Numbered from the stretch's first letter, positions 11,801-24,152 are shown. The stretch is DNA of 32,900 nt from Chiloscyllium plagiosum (GCF_004010195.1 NW_025213749.1:2798-35697); one strand, 5' to 3'. The notes: generated by a model from the sequence alone, not told the origin. Numbers and translations are program-made.

Positions 11801-12010
11801 CAAGTGAGGTCTGCAGATACTGGAGATCAGAGTTAAGAGTGTGGTTCTGGAAAAGGCCAGCAGGTCAGAAAGCATCCAAGGAGTAGAAGAATCGACTGTT
11901 GGAGCATATGCCCTTCATCATTATTCCTGATGAACTGCTAATGCCCGAAACGTCAATATTCCGAATCCTCGGATGCTGCCTGAACTGTTATGCTTTTCCA
12001 TCAGCATACT
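11801..12010. mobile_element. Stand-alone inverted pair of family-A pseudo-LTRs with two hammerhead motifs
   Basis: The left arm 11801-11922 matches 2338-2468. The right arm 11923-12010 is its reverse complement and contains CTGATGA (11927-11933) and GAAACGTC (11947-11954). Confidence 0.85.
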
Positions 12011-12239
12011 TACAGCATTGAAAGCATTTCAAGACTGACAGGAAAGAACAAAGTCTCCCAGCGACCTGCCTTGACACATTATGATTCTGTCATTCTCTGA
12101 AATTGATTAGGGGAAAAAGGAGGTTTGACATTTTCATTGACTGAGAGATCAAGAAGTACCCTGAGCAACAGAAAAAAATGGGAGATTTTGCCTGGGGGTG
12201 GCTTTTAAATAAGTTGATTCAAGTGTAAGTTATATATAG

Positions 12240-13975
12240 TCCCCATAAAACTGAAGGATGGTAGATTTCAAAAACCATGGATAATAAAGGAAATTGTAAG
12301 CTTCATCAAAAAGAAAAGAAATGAAGCATACAATAGGTCTACGGGGCTACAAACTGACGAAGCCCATGAGGAGTCTGGTGAAATTAGTAAGAAATCAAGC
12401 ATTGAAATGGAAAGCTAAGTCGGACTGTGAAATATCTTTAGCAAAGAGGGTCAAGGATGATCCTGCTGTTTAACTGTATATTAGACCGAAACAGGGCAGC
12501 GAGCGAAAGATAAGGTCCACTCAAGGAAAAAGGAGATAAGTTATGCATAGAGCCACCAGCAGTGACAGAGATCTTTAATAAGCACTTTGTATCGGTATTC
12601 AGAAAGAAGAACGGCATGACTGATTTTGACGACATGAATGAGTGTGTAAGTACTCCAGTGAATGTCAACATATTGAAGAGGGAAGTTCAGGTTATCCTAA
12701 ATTGCATTTCAGTAGACAAGTCTCCAGGGCCAGATTGGTTCTATCCCATGTTGCTTTAAGAGACAAGAGAAGGACTAGCTATTGTATTAGCAAATATCTA
12801 CACATAATGTTTGACTGCAGGCGACGGTCCAGAGAACTGGTGGTTCACCACTGTTGTTCCCATGTTTAAGAAAGGAAGCAGGAGTAATCCAGGAAATGCT
12901 CGGGCAGGGACCCTGTTTTCTGTGGTAGGGAAGCTCTTGAAAAAGATACTGGGGGACAAGGTATATGCTCTTTCGGAAGAAAATGGATTCAATATAGCAG
13001 GCAGCATGGTTTTGCATAGGGAAGGGCATGCCTTACCTGACTGAATTGTTTGAAGAAGAAACAAGGATAACTGATGAGGGACTTGCCATGGATATATTTT
13101 ATATAGGAAACAGTTTTTTGTACCAATCTGCCAGTAAACGCTTTACTGAAGTCCCACATGCAGTTTGGTACAAAGACAAATCACGAGACATTCAGGGTGG
13201 GTTGGCTTGAAGGGTACAAAGCTAAATTGTCAGTGAATACAAAGGGTAGCGGTGGAAGTGCATTTTTCATAATGGAACCGAAACTGGTCGTGCTCCACAG
13301 TGATCAGTTCCTGGGATCTCTGTAGTTTGTAACATATATAATCTTCGAGACTTGATTGACAAGTTTGCAAATGTCATGAAGATTAGTATAGTTATTGATA
13401 TTGTCGATGTTTGTGAAACGATGCAACAGAATATAAATAGATTGACGATTTGGGCACCGGTATGTCAGATGGAAATTAATCCAGACAAACGCGAGGTGAT
13501 GCATTTTGGAATATATAATTTAGATGTGCGTTTTATTGAAAATAGCAGAATGCTTTGCAACATTAATGTACTGACGGACCTGGGGGTGCAATTGCACGTT
13601 CTTTAAAAGTGGCAATACAGGTGGCCAAGACAGTTGAGAAGGCATACTGTATGCTTGCCTCCAACAGCCGGGACATGGAGTGCAAGAGCTGACAAAACAT
13701 TTTGCAGCTAGGTAAAACACTTGTCAGGTCGAATTTGTAGGACTGCGTGCTGTTTTCGTCGCCACACGAACAGAAGCACGTAGAAACTTTGGAGAGAGTC
13801 CAGAGAAGATTCATCAGAATGATGCCTCGTCTCGACGGCACTGCCTATGAGGAAAGTTTAAAAAGGCTCGGATTGATTTCAGTAGTAAGACAGCGATCGA
13901 GTGGAGACCTGATTATAGAATTAAGGTCTACAAAACGATAAAACACATAGATAGGATCGACTGTCAAAAATGAGG
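12240..13975 (+). mobile_element. Highly decayed CR1 LINE ORF2 (RT)
   Basis: EIFNKHFVSVF, DKSPGPDWFYPMLL, VVPMFKKGSRSNPGN, SVVGKLLKKIL, IDKFANVMKI, QMEINPDKREVMHFG and LERVQRRFIRMMP occur in canonical order. Confidence 0.9.
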
Positions 13976-15527
13976 AAATGTATGCTATATTGGTAACTGT
14001 ACATTTGAATTTTGTGGTTATACTCAAGAGAGTGCTGGGAAGACTTTTCTGTCTGTGCTGAATGATGATGAAACCTGCGAGAATTGGTGGAGCATGGACA
14101 GACGGTACCCCTTCGAAGAAGGGATGGCCACCAATGAAAGAACAGCAAAATATATTCCATCGAGTGAAAGGGCAAATTTGGTGAAAATTTATGCATTGAT
14201 ATCATGGAATAGAAGTCAGTACAGAGCATCACTGCAGGAGAATAAGAAAACTCTATGAGCGAAAATTTAGCTAAGAAGATTACCAGAAATAGGGTGCACC
14301 TGGAGTGACAAATGTTGTCTGCTTTCAGGTCTTGGCTTCAATTTGGATTTGTCATGTTGTCTATCTCAATAACTGAAACAGACACTACTTTGCTTAAGAA
14401 AAAGCCCTCAAAATAGTTTTTGCGTTGAGCTCATGGAGATTTTCAGTCATTGAAGATAAATGTATTGAGAAGAATACTATAATCTGATGTTTTTTTTTGT
14501 TTGTACTTTCAATTAAAAATGCATGCTATTTGGAATTGCACAATATATGTACTGGGTTTGGGCATTTATGGAACGGGTCTGCTCTGCCTTTCGAATAATT
14601 TATTCAGAAGCCGTTATTTTCCTGATATACCGAAGTCACTCGTAAACAGAAACTTTCCCACTTACCCTCAAAATATTCACTGATAATCCACAGACGTCTT
14701 CAGTTGAGACTTTCATATATTCATCCGATGGGCAAATTTATGCTTATTCACTTCAGTCTTCAGTAGCGAGCACCTCAGTCTGGAATCATTCCCTGTCCCA
14801 GACAGAGGAATTCCTTTGGGTCATACAAGAATCTAGAGTCGGCAGATAAGGAGAAATATATGAGCAATATGTAGCCCTTCATGTACTTCCAAAATTCAGC
14901 AAGATTCAATGACATCACCTCTCTTTGACACTCTGCTGAAAATACAGTTCCTTGAGTAGATTGGAAGATAATCCATACATGCCAGGGTTTAATTATTCAT
15001 ATCATTTCCTTTCCCCCAACGGAAGCGCACATGTTCTCAGACAACGAAGCATTGTTGTTCAGTGGTCAAGCTGTAGTTGTAGAAATGAAAGCTCCACATA
15101 ATTTTAATAAGTACATACTTCAATTCCAAGCAGCTTACTTAACACAAATATCACAGAGGTTCACAGAACAAAAAGTCACCCACAAGTCACACTTCATCCC
15201 TGCTGCATGTAAAGGGGGTGTACGCAGCATAGAAGTGCATAGGCATTTGACAAATGTTATTTTAATAAAATAAGTGTTAATTTGCAAGTGGGAATATAAT
15301 TGTAGTTTTCGAGATTGCCTCAATGATATGAAGTAGACAGTAGACAGAAACAGATATACTCATCATGAAAATAAATATGAGCAATCTACTGGAATGCCAA
15401 GTACATACAATTTATGCGAATAATTTAAATTAATAACTGATAAATACGTTTGTAAATTTGATATGATTGAAAATAATTCGGAAATTAAGTTGTTAAATGG
15501 GAACAAACCACGTGTACGAAATTTCAC

Positions 15528-15840
15528 AGAAACTACAAGAACTGTGGTGCTCTAAATCAGAAACATAAACAGAAACAGAAATTTCTGGAAAAGCTCAGTT
15601 GTTGTGGTGGCATCCGTGAAGAAATTTAGAGTTGATAATTCCAGTGCGGTGACCACTGTTCAGAACTGATGTTGTGAAGAAAAACGTATTTTTTAATGCA
15701 GTGTGGGGAGTAAGGAGTAAGGTGGGGTTGGAACCTGAAAAGATGTGAGAACAATTTGAAAGATAATATCTGGACAGGAGAGAGAAAAGATATTGAAGGA
15801 GAATGTAAGAAGTTAACAATGAGTTGAAAAGCGCGGCAAT
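15528..15840 (-). mobile_element. Penelope pseudo-LTR fragment (family C), degenerate
   Basis: 'aagaactgtggtgctctaaatcagaaac..tggaaaagctcag...ggcatcc...gagtt...cggtgacc...cagaactg' is homologous in reverse to 19410-19510. Confidence 0.6.
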
Positions 15841-16399
15841 GGCAAAACACAGCACATCAGACAGCATCCGAAGAGCAGGACAGTGGAAGTTTTCACGTCC
15901 TTCATCAGGAACGTGAAGGTGAGATAAAGGTCTCTGGGAGATAAATAGGAAGTGTGGTGCTGGGGAAGTTACCTACATGTAGGTGGGTGTTGATGGTGAT
16001 AGCTCTGAGCATGGGGTGGAGCAGATAAGTGGGTAGGAAGATGGACAGTTGGGGCAGGTCAAGCTGACGGTGCCGAGTTAGACACTTAGATCTGGAAGCG
16101 GATGAATGAATGTCAGATGAGGAGACGAGTGAAATCGATTTTGATGCAGTGTGTTTGGAGGTTCCCAAGTCAGAAGATGAGGCAGTCACCCTCCAAACAT
16201 CGGATTTGGAGATGGAGGAGGTCGAGGGCTCCCATATCCTTGGTGGAGTGGGAGGAGTAGCTGTAGTGGCCAGCCACAGGACTTTGTGGTTGTTTGTTGT
16301 GCGTGCTCCAGAGATATTCTCTGAAACATTTTGTGAGTTGGCCTCCTGTGTGCCGAAGGTCGTGGAGGCCACATCCAGATCAAGGAAACAGTCGATTAG

Positions 16400-16953
16400 T
16401 TCTTTATGGATGTAGGTTTGCTCGCTGAGCTTGAACGTTTATTTCCAGACGTTTCGTCACCCTACTAGGGAACATCTTCAGTGGGCCTCAGGCGAAGCTC
16501 TGCTGAAAGTTCCTGCTTTCCATGTATATGTTTGGCTTTTGGGGAGTTCGCGATGTCATTTCCTATTGTGATGCTCTTTCCTGTGATGAAGTCACGTTCT
16601 GTTCCTTTTTTCAGGGGGCGGTAGATGTGGTCTAACTCGATGTGTTAGTTGATAGAGTTCCAGTTGGAATACCATGCCTCTGGGAACTCTCGTGTGTTTG
16701 TTTGGTTTGTTCTAGGATGGGCAACACATCCATCCTGGACAACATTGAAGATGTTACTTAGTAGAGTGATGAAACGTCTTCAAGCCAAACAAAGACACAC
16801 CCGAAAATTCCTAGAAACGTGGCATTCCAACCAAAACTCTATCAACAAACACATCTACGACGTCCTGAGAAAAGAAACAAGATATAAGAGAGTAGCAAAG
16901 GAACCTACATCCAAAACCTCAACCTGAGCTACAAATCTTCTCAAAACTCGCTC
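16400..16953. mobile_element. Penelope lineage 1 terminal fragment in inverted pseudo-LTR arrangement, nested in the lineage 2 element
   Basis: 16400-16721 (minus) and 16722-16953 (plus) both encode the endonuclease C-terminus (QTKQTHTREFPEAWYSNWNSIN vs QAKQRHTRKFLETWHSNQNSINKHI). Both carry 'aacctacatcca' near their outer ends. Confidence 0.85.
16445..16484 (-). ncRNA. Minimal type-I hammerhead ribozyme (PLE-associated), intact core
   Basis: Minus RNA: CCA-CUGAAGA-U-GUUCCCU-AGU-AGGGUGAC-GAAA-C-GUC-UGG. It has intact CUGANGA and GAAA, a 7-bp stem II with one bulge, a 3-bp stem I (CCA/UGG) and palindromic ACGU at stem III. Predicted cleavage is between 16448 and 16447. Confidence 0.75.
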
Positions 16954-18734
16954 TGAGGTGCTAATATGTGGAGTAAAATCTCAGCTGAATATGGAAGGTT
17001 ATGTTGGGGCCTTGGACAGAGGTGAGGACAGAGGTGTGGGCGCAGGGTTTGCACCTCTAGCAATGGTAAGGGAGGGTGCAGTGAGTGGAGGGTAGGTTTT
17101 TCGCTACGTGGAACTAATAAGGGAGTCATGGAGGGAATAATCTGCACGGGATACTGATGGGGTGTTGAGGGAAATATATCACAGGTGGTGCAGCCTGACT
17201 GTATATTATCGGGAATAGCGAAGAATGATGCAGTGTATCGAGAGATTGGTGAGGGGAAAGTTGCAGACCACGGGTGGCTGAGGGTTCTGCTAGTTGCAGT
17301 TAGTCGGGAGGAGTTAAATGATAGAGGAATGTGAAGTAGAGGAGATGCATTGCAGAGCATCTTTGACCGTATAGGAGGGGAAATTGCGGTCCTTGAAGTA
17401 GGCATCATCTTATATGTCCTGGAGAGGAACTTCCCCTCCTGGGGCCAGATACGGCACTAGCGTATGAATCGCGAGGGAGGATGTCAATTTTAAAGGATGG
17501 GGCGAGGAGGACGTTGAGCCCAGATAGCTGTAGGAGTCAGTGTGTTTCAAGTATATGTCTGTTTTGAGTCGGTCCCTAGAAATTGAAACAGAGAGGTCCA
17601 GGAAATGGAAGGTGTCTGAGAGGTTGCAGTTGAACTTGGAGGTCACAGAGTGGAACAAATTTCATGAAATTAATGAACTATTGAACTTCCTGTGGGAGAA
17701 CGATGTGTCAGATTTGGCAGAGGAATAGGTGGAGATTGCCGCCAGAGTAACTGCAGAAGCTGGAAAATTCCATGAACCTGACTAAAAATGACAGCATAGC
17801 TGGGACGAATGCCAGTGCCCATGACTGCTATTCCCCTCTGTAGGAAGGTCAGATTCGAAGTTGAATTTGTTGATGATGAAGACGCGTTCAGCCAATCGAA
17901 TGAGTGTGTCTGTGGAGGTGAACTGGTTGTCTCGGCGGGAGATGACGAATCTAAGAACTCGGAGATCTTCGTCATTGTGGATGGATGTGCACAGTCAATG
18001 GATCTCCATGGAGTCCATTGTGTTGAGAAGTCTTTGGGACCCGGGGAAACGAAAGTTATGTAGCAGAACGAGGACATGCTTGGAATTCTGAATATAGTAG
18101 GAGAGTTTCTGGACCAAGTGGGACAGAAAGGTGTGAGGGTGTGATGAGATAATTTCGTTGAGGCAGGAGCAGGTGGAGACAACAGGTTGACCAGAGCAGC
18201 CAGGTTTTTGAATTCTAGGGAACAGATAGAACCAGACGGTGCGGGGCGCCAGGATTCTTAAGTCAGAGGCTGTGAATTAGAGATCACCTGAAGTGATGAG
18301 GTTGTGATGGTTTGGAAGATGATCGTTTGATGAAGGGAGTTGCGGTCGCAAACGAGCAGGCAATGGGTTTAGGTGTCCGTGAATTGGTGCCTCACCACAA
18401 GTGTCTACAGTTTGGTGTGCCAAATGACCACTGCACCGCGCTTGTCCACTAGTTTGACGGGAACGTTTAGATTGGAGGAGAAGGAATAGAGCGCAGTATG
18501 TTTCATGAGTGAGTTGTTGGAGTGGGTGAAGGAGCTGAGCGGTTAATGTGCTCAATGTCATGGTTGCACTCAGAGGTGAATAAGTCGAGGGCAGGTCACA
18601 GACAAACACAGCGTGTGGAATTGCATTCGACGTGATCACAAAACATGGTGTAAGGGTATGGGAGCTGGGACATTAAAGAATTCAAGCTCGAAAGTTATCG
18701 AATTCTCTATTCAGTCCTGAAAGGCCACAGGCTC

Positions 18735-19510
18735 TGTAAAGACTGGTCCCTCCGGTGCACCCTGATCCACTTTTCATTCTCTCCCAACACATTCTCCTCC
18801 TACAGCCCAACGGCACCTGTCCTGCAGTCAGCAAACATGTATCACTTGTCCATTTACCGACTCGCTCCTCAGGACCTATGGGCTCAAACAGACCTTTCAG
18901 GTGAAGCATTGTTTTAACTGCACATCACAAAATTGAGGTCGTCTCGACAATGGGGAAACAAGTGCTTGACTGTGTGACACCTCACGGAACGCCTATATTC
19001 CTCCTGCAACAATGAGCCTTAGTTTCAAGACGCCTGCCACTTCTAGACATTACCTTGTTCGCCGGCTAAGGTGAGTTGCAGTGCTCCAGCAGTGCTGTGA
19101 ATATAATACCTCATTATCCGCTTGGAGACACTGCAGACTTCAGTGCTCAATGTCGGTTCAAAAGATTTCGTGCTTGAACTCTACGCTGTCCCAGACCTGA
19201 ATCCCAAACACATTCTGTTAATACACACAACACATTGCCAGAATTAACAGACTCCATTAACATGTATTCCATCAACTGACAAGTTTGTTATCCAATGTGT
19301 TCGACTACTCTTCTCTGTCTTTGGATTCCATCTGCACCAATCATTTACCCATTGCCTCCGTATCCTTATTGTATCTTTTTCTTTAAAAACGGCATGTTCC
19401 GAGTTACCAGCAGTTCTGACTAAGGTTCACTGCAATGGAAATAACTTTGATTTCTCTTCATGGATGATGCCAGATCTGCTGAGCTTTCCGAGCAATTTAT
19501 GTTTCTGGTA
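18735..19510 (+). mobile_element. Penelope-like lineage 2 3' fragment (GIY-YIG plus family-C pseudo-LTR)
   Basis: CITCPFT...YGLKQTFQVKHCFNCTS...NGETS...LIIRLETLQTSVLNVGSKDF, then 'cagttctgactaaggttcac..ggaaataact...gatgccagatctgctgagcttt'. Confidence 0.75.
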
Positions 19511-20574
19511 CAATAAGTTATAATTTGGTGAACAAAACGGGCAAATTCGAGCAAATAGAAAAAAATAAGGAAAATCTGAACATATTGTCACTGATATTGA
19601 AAATGAAGCAACCTACATAACTCATGAGAGTTTACAGAGCTTTCAGATGTAGAGGTGCCTAAGTGTTCTGCATGATCCACCACCGGTTCAGATATAGCTA
19701 AAACAAACTGCTCACTAAATTTAATATGATGCTCTAATTTGTCAAGTGCTACTAAGTCGGGAAACTATGTTTTAGTTATGCAAGGCAGTTTTAAGGTCAG
19801 GTCTGCAGTACTTTGTACAGCATTATCGATTTATCGACTGTGCAAAGGCATTAAGTGTACTTTACATATTCTACTCCAAACCAACACTTGCAATGAGAGA
19901 ATTATTATTTTTTGGTCACAAATGGAACTGGCGAAGTTTGAACATTTAAAAGAGTTAAATGCTTCTGGAATGAAACATATAGTGTTCTGTGGAATACTGA
20001 TAATTTAGATAACTGGAAGATGCTTTCTCATATGAGGTAAGTCAGAAATATTAATTTAAAAATGAGTTGTCCATTTATAACATAAATAACGCTATTCCCT
20101 TTTCTTCTCTCGCATGATACAAATTCTCAGGAAGTCTCTTCCTAAAAAACGCCTTACAGGCTGGAAAACCACTCCTACTCCTAATTCATTCATTCATTTG
20201 AATCTTCTCCACTGTGAACAATCAGTCTTTGCATCTCTGTGTGTATGGGCTCGTCCTCTGATGTTTCCAAACTTCTCAACCATCCTTATCAACACTTCTT
20301 CTATTACATTGGATGGAAATTCTACTCGTTGGAGTTGTTTTACATTCCTCATTCGTTAGAACTACAGTATGTTTTAGATCTAGAATGAAATGAATGAAAA
20401 TTACTACGTTAAATTACTTACATTGATAAAAATTGAGAAATAAATATTGAAAGGTGAGAGAGGTTGAACAAGGACTAAGAATCTCCTTCACTGCTTCACT
20501 AATTCCCCTTTTTCACACCAACTTTAGCTCACCGTGTTGTTAAGCGCTGATTTTTTTCAAAGCCAAAGTAATAT

Positions 20575-21935
20575 CATACAACATAGAACACAGAACATTA
20601 CAGTGCAGTACAGGCCCTTCGGCCCTCGATGTTGCGCCGACCTGTCATATCAATTTGAAGCCCACCTAACCTACACTATTCCATGTAGGTCCATATGATT
20701 GTCCAATGACGACTTAAGTGTCCTTAAAGTTGGCGAATCTACTACCGTTGCAGGCAAAGCATTCCATACCCTTATTACTCTCTGTGTAAAGAAACTACCA
20801 GTGACATTTGTCCTATATTTTTCACCCCTCAGTTTAAAGCTATGTCCCCTCGTGCTCGCCATCAACATACTTGAAAAAAGGATCTCCTTGTCCACCCCAT
20901 CTAACCCTCTGATTATCTTATATGTCTCTATTAAGTCACCTTTCAGCCTTCTTCTCTCCAACCAAAACAGCCTCAAGTCCCTCAGCCTTTCCTCGTAAAA
21001 CCTTCCCTCCATACAAGGCAACAACGCAGTAAATCTCGTCTGCACCCTTTCCAAATCTTCCACTTATTTCTTACAATGTGTTGACCAGAACTGTACGCAA
21101 TATTCCAATTGCGGCCGCACCAGAGTTTTGTACAGATGCAGCATAACGTCATGGCTCCGGAACTCGATCCCTCTATTAATAAAAGGTAAAACACTGTATG
21201 CCTTCTTTATAACTCTATCAACCTAGGTGGCAACTTTCAAGGATCTGTGTACCTGGACATAGAGATCTCTCTGCTCATCTGCACTACCAAGAATCTTACC
21301 ATTCGCTCAGTACTTTGCATTCCAGTACTCCGACCAACGTGAATCTCCTCAAACTTGTCCGCATTAAACTCCATTTGCCATCTCTCAGCCAAGCTCTGCA
21401 GCTTATCCATGTCTCTCTGTAACCTATACCATTCTTCGTCACTATTCACAACTTCACGACCTTAATGTCGTCTGCAAATTTACGAACCCACCCCTTCTAC
21501 GCCCTCATCCAGTTTATAAAAATGACGAAAAGCAGTGGACGCAACACCGACTCTTGTGGTCCACCACGAGTAACTGGACTCTAGGATGAACATTTCCCGT
21601 CAATGACTACCCTCTGTGTTCTTTCAGCAAACCAATTATTGATCCAAACTGCTATATCTCCAACAATCCCATTCCTCCGCCTTTTGTACAATAGCCTACT
21701 GTAGGAACCTTATCGAACGCCTTGCTGAAATCCATATATACCACATCAACCGGTTTACACTCATCTACCTGTTTGGTCAGCTCCTCAAAGAACCCAATAA
21801 CGTTTGTGAGGCACGACTTACCCTTCACAAAACCGTGCTGACTGTCCCTAATCATATTATTATTTCTAGATAATTATGAATCTTATCTCTTATAACCTTT
21901 TCCGACACTTAACCAACAACTGATGTAAGGATTGG
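20575..21935 (-). mobile_element. 5'-truncated CR1 LINE (HER1-like), least decayed copy in the window
   Basis: IRDSQHGFVKGKSCLTN..VDVVYMDFSKAFDKVP, WQMEFNADK, LERVQTRFT...FFTQRVIRVWNALP, a 3' stem-loop 'ggcccttcggcc' and a (TTCTATG)-like tail at 20575-20597. Confidence 0.95.
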
Positions 21936-24118
21936 CAGTGTCTATTGCGCAGGTACATCTCCTGCATGGTGAATTATAACAGCAGAAATCCTACAACTAG
22001 CATACAAAGTCATGTTTTGAAAAAACAGGATATTTGGAAATTAGTGAGGAAGTCTTTTTAATGACCACATGATAACCCTGATTTGATGTGATTGTCAAAA
22101 GAACAAATTGAAGCATTACTATTATTTCTTTTTTAAAAATAAGTGGTTTAAAGTACATGATGAGGAGCTGGAATGCACCACCTGTGCTTGTGCTGGAAAT
22201 TTGTGATGTGATAGCACTGTTGGATAAGCAACTGAGTGAGTAAACGAAGAAAGAGCTGAACACTGGCAGGCGAGATTAATTTTATTCTTGCTGAACAGAG
22301 ACGACACTTGTTGATTAATCAATAAGACAGCCGTTGCATTGCAAGTATGCAAGGACGATATCATACTTTAAATGATGGCACTCAGATAAATGGAGCAGCA
22401 AGTATGAAACTCGAATGGCGTATCCCTGAGTGGGAACTCAAATTCTAAGGATTCATTATGGAACAATCACCAGCGAACGACACAAAGTGATACCTCAAGA
22501 GTTGGTATATGGATATTGATGAAATACTTTTATGAATATTTACTGTTGAATCCAAGTAAGTTTGCTTCTTCAAATAGATCACATCGGTCCAATAGAATCT
22601 CAAAGACCAATATATTCCACACATATGTGTAATTTAAGAAGCGTCTTCACATGTTTGTTCAATTTGTAAGTAAGAAAAGAAAATCAGTAATTTTCAGGCA
22701 ACAATTTCTGAGCAAAAACCACAACGGATATAAAGCAAAAACCCCGGGGATGTAGCACCTTACATTTGAATTCATACGTAGTCTCTGCAGCAGTGAACCA
22801 TCTAAATCAATTGAGGAAAATGTGTTGAACCACTTAAAACAGCCCAGAAAGATCCTTGCTGGAGTTCCTGTTTAGAGTATGCAGCGATTGAAATGAAACA
22901 AGTGAACAAAGTGAAGCCTACTTCTTTTTTTGGGTACTGCGAGTTTCCAAGGTTAATATTATTTTCAACCTTTTGCACATTTCCAAGTTGTGATATTATC
23001 CTGGTTAATCAATTCTACGAAGTTATCTGCAAGATGTTATACTGTGGCTGGCAATGATTTTGCACACTTCGTGCATTCCAGGTGTATTGCAGTTGTTCAA
23101 ATGTATAAACTTTGACTCAATCAATAAGTCAGGTTTCGCTGGTGGAAGGTGTCAATTGGAGTTTCTGTCATTGTCGAAGTGCAATAAGTTTTAAACACTG
23201 ACTGTGTTGAATTTTGTGACCCAGACTTCCATGTCTTGGTCCAAATGTTTGACAATGCAGATTTGTATTCAGTGTTGGATACTACATTGTATTTTGTTTC
23301 AGTAAAAAAAAAATCACTGCAAAGATGCTTTATTAGTAAGTAATTTCCTATAACTGGTACGTTTCCAAGATTATGTTTGTCACCGCTGTCAAGGTTCAAC
23401 TCTTTTTTTTCTGAACTGGATAATGATAATGATCTGAATGACGATTTCCCTTTCATGTAACAGTTTACAATAAAAATAATCAATTGTTCGTGATTAATGA
23501 TTGAACTGTTGCAATCAAAATGCTTAGATCAGTCAGAAATGTCCTGCAGCTATGTGTATGACTATACTAAAGAGACATATAGATTTAATATTCTCTTTTA
23601 CTTCCGTATCACTAATAATAATAATAAGACATTTCTTCCTTCTTGAAACCAGATTCCCTGAAATCTGCTTCCTCTGCACACCAGACCACAAGACATTGGA
23701 CTCACACTATAAGGAGCAAAGATACGTGCTTCTGTCGTCCATTTCCCTTTCAGACCATGTCAGACGCCACATGGCTGAAACTTTCAGGAAATGAAACTTT
23801 TTTTAAAAAAACTAAGACTATATCTGCACAAATCCGGAACTATTGCAGCAATTTGATTGCTGCCCAATTTCTCCCAATCATGTCCCAAAGCTAAATTCCA
23901 TCGATTCATTTTACAATCGATTCGTTATATTACTTTTGCACACCATTCCACTTTGGGCCTCCTCCAGGGATGGGAGAAAGTAGAGAAGTGAGTTTATGCA
24001 GGTTTGTCGTGTCACGAGTGGCAGAGTTAAGTTCAATATGGAAGGTCTTCTCCTGAGCAAAGGGAATTCAAAACTAGGGCGCATAGACTTCTTTTATTTT
24101 AGAATTAGAATTCCTACA

Positions 24119-24152
24119 GTGTGGAAATAGGCCCTTCGGCCTATTTCCACAC
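24119..24152. repeat. Perfect 15-bp inverted repeat formed from a SINE/LINE 3' tail
   Basis: gtgtggaaataggcc-cttc-ggcctatttccacac, preceded by the tail 'tagaattagaattcctaca'. Confidence 0.9.

Larger units (their letters stand above)
15850..18715 (-). mobile_element. Penelope-like lineage 2 element (RT, GIY-YIG, pseudo-LTR), interrupted at ~16400-16953
   Basis: Minus motifs: QRGIAVMGTGIRPSYA, FHFLDLSVSISRDRLKTDIYLKHTDSYSYL, and the endonuclease start at ~16955-17050. It resumes at ~16390 (GCGL..FREYLW..PVAGHYSYSSHSTKDM..LIF*LGNLQ) and ends in a family-A pseudo-LTR at 15850-15910. Confidence 0.85.

Noticed and set aside
14055..14258. 67-aa ORF and a TGATGA box-C-like motif
   Set aside because: No recognisable protein, and no convincing box D or terminal stem.
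20015..20155. Very old CR1 3' fragment (also ~12100-12190 and ~24040-24090)
   Set aside because: The resemblance is plausible but too degraded to delimit without alignment.
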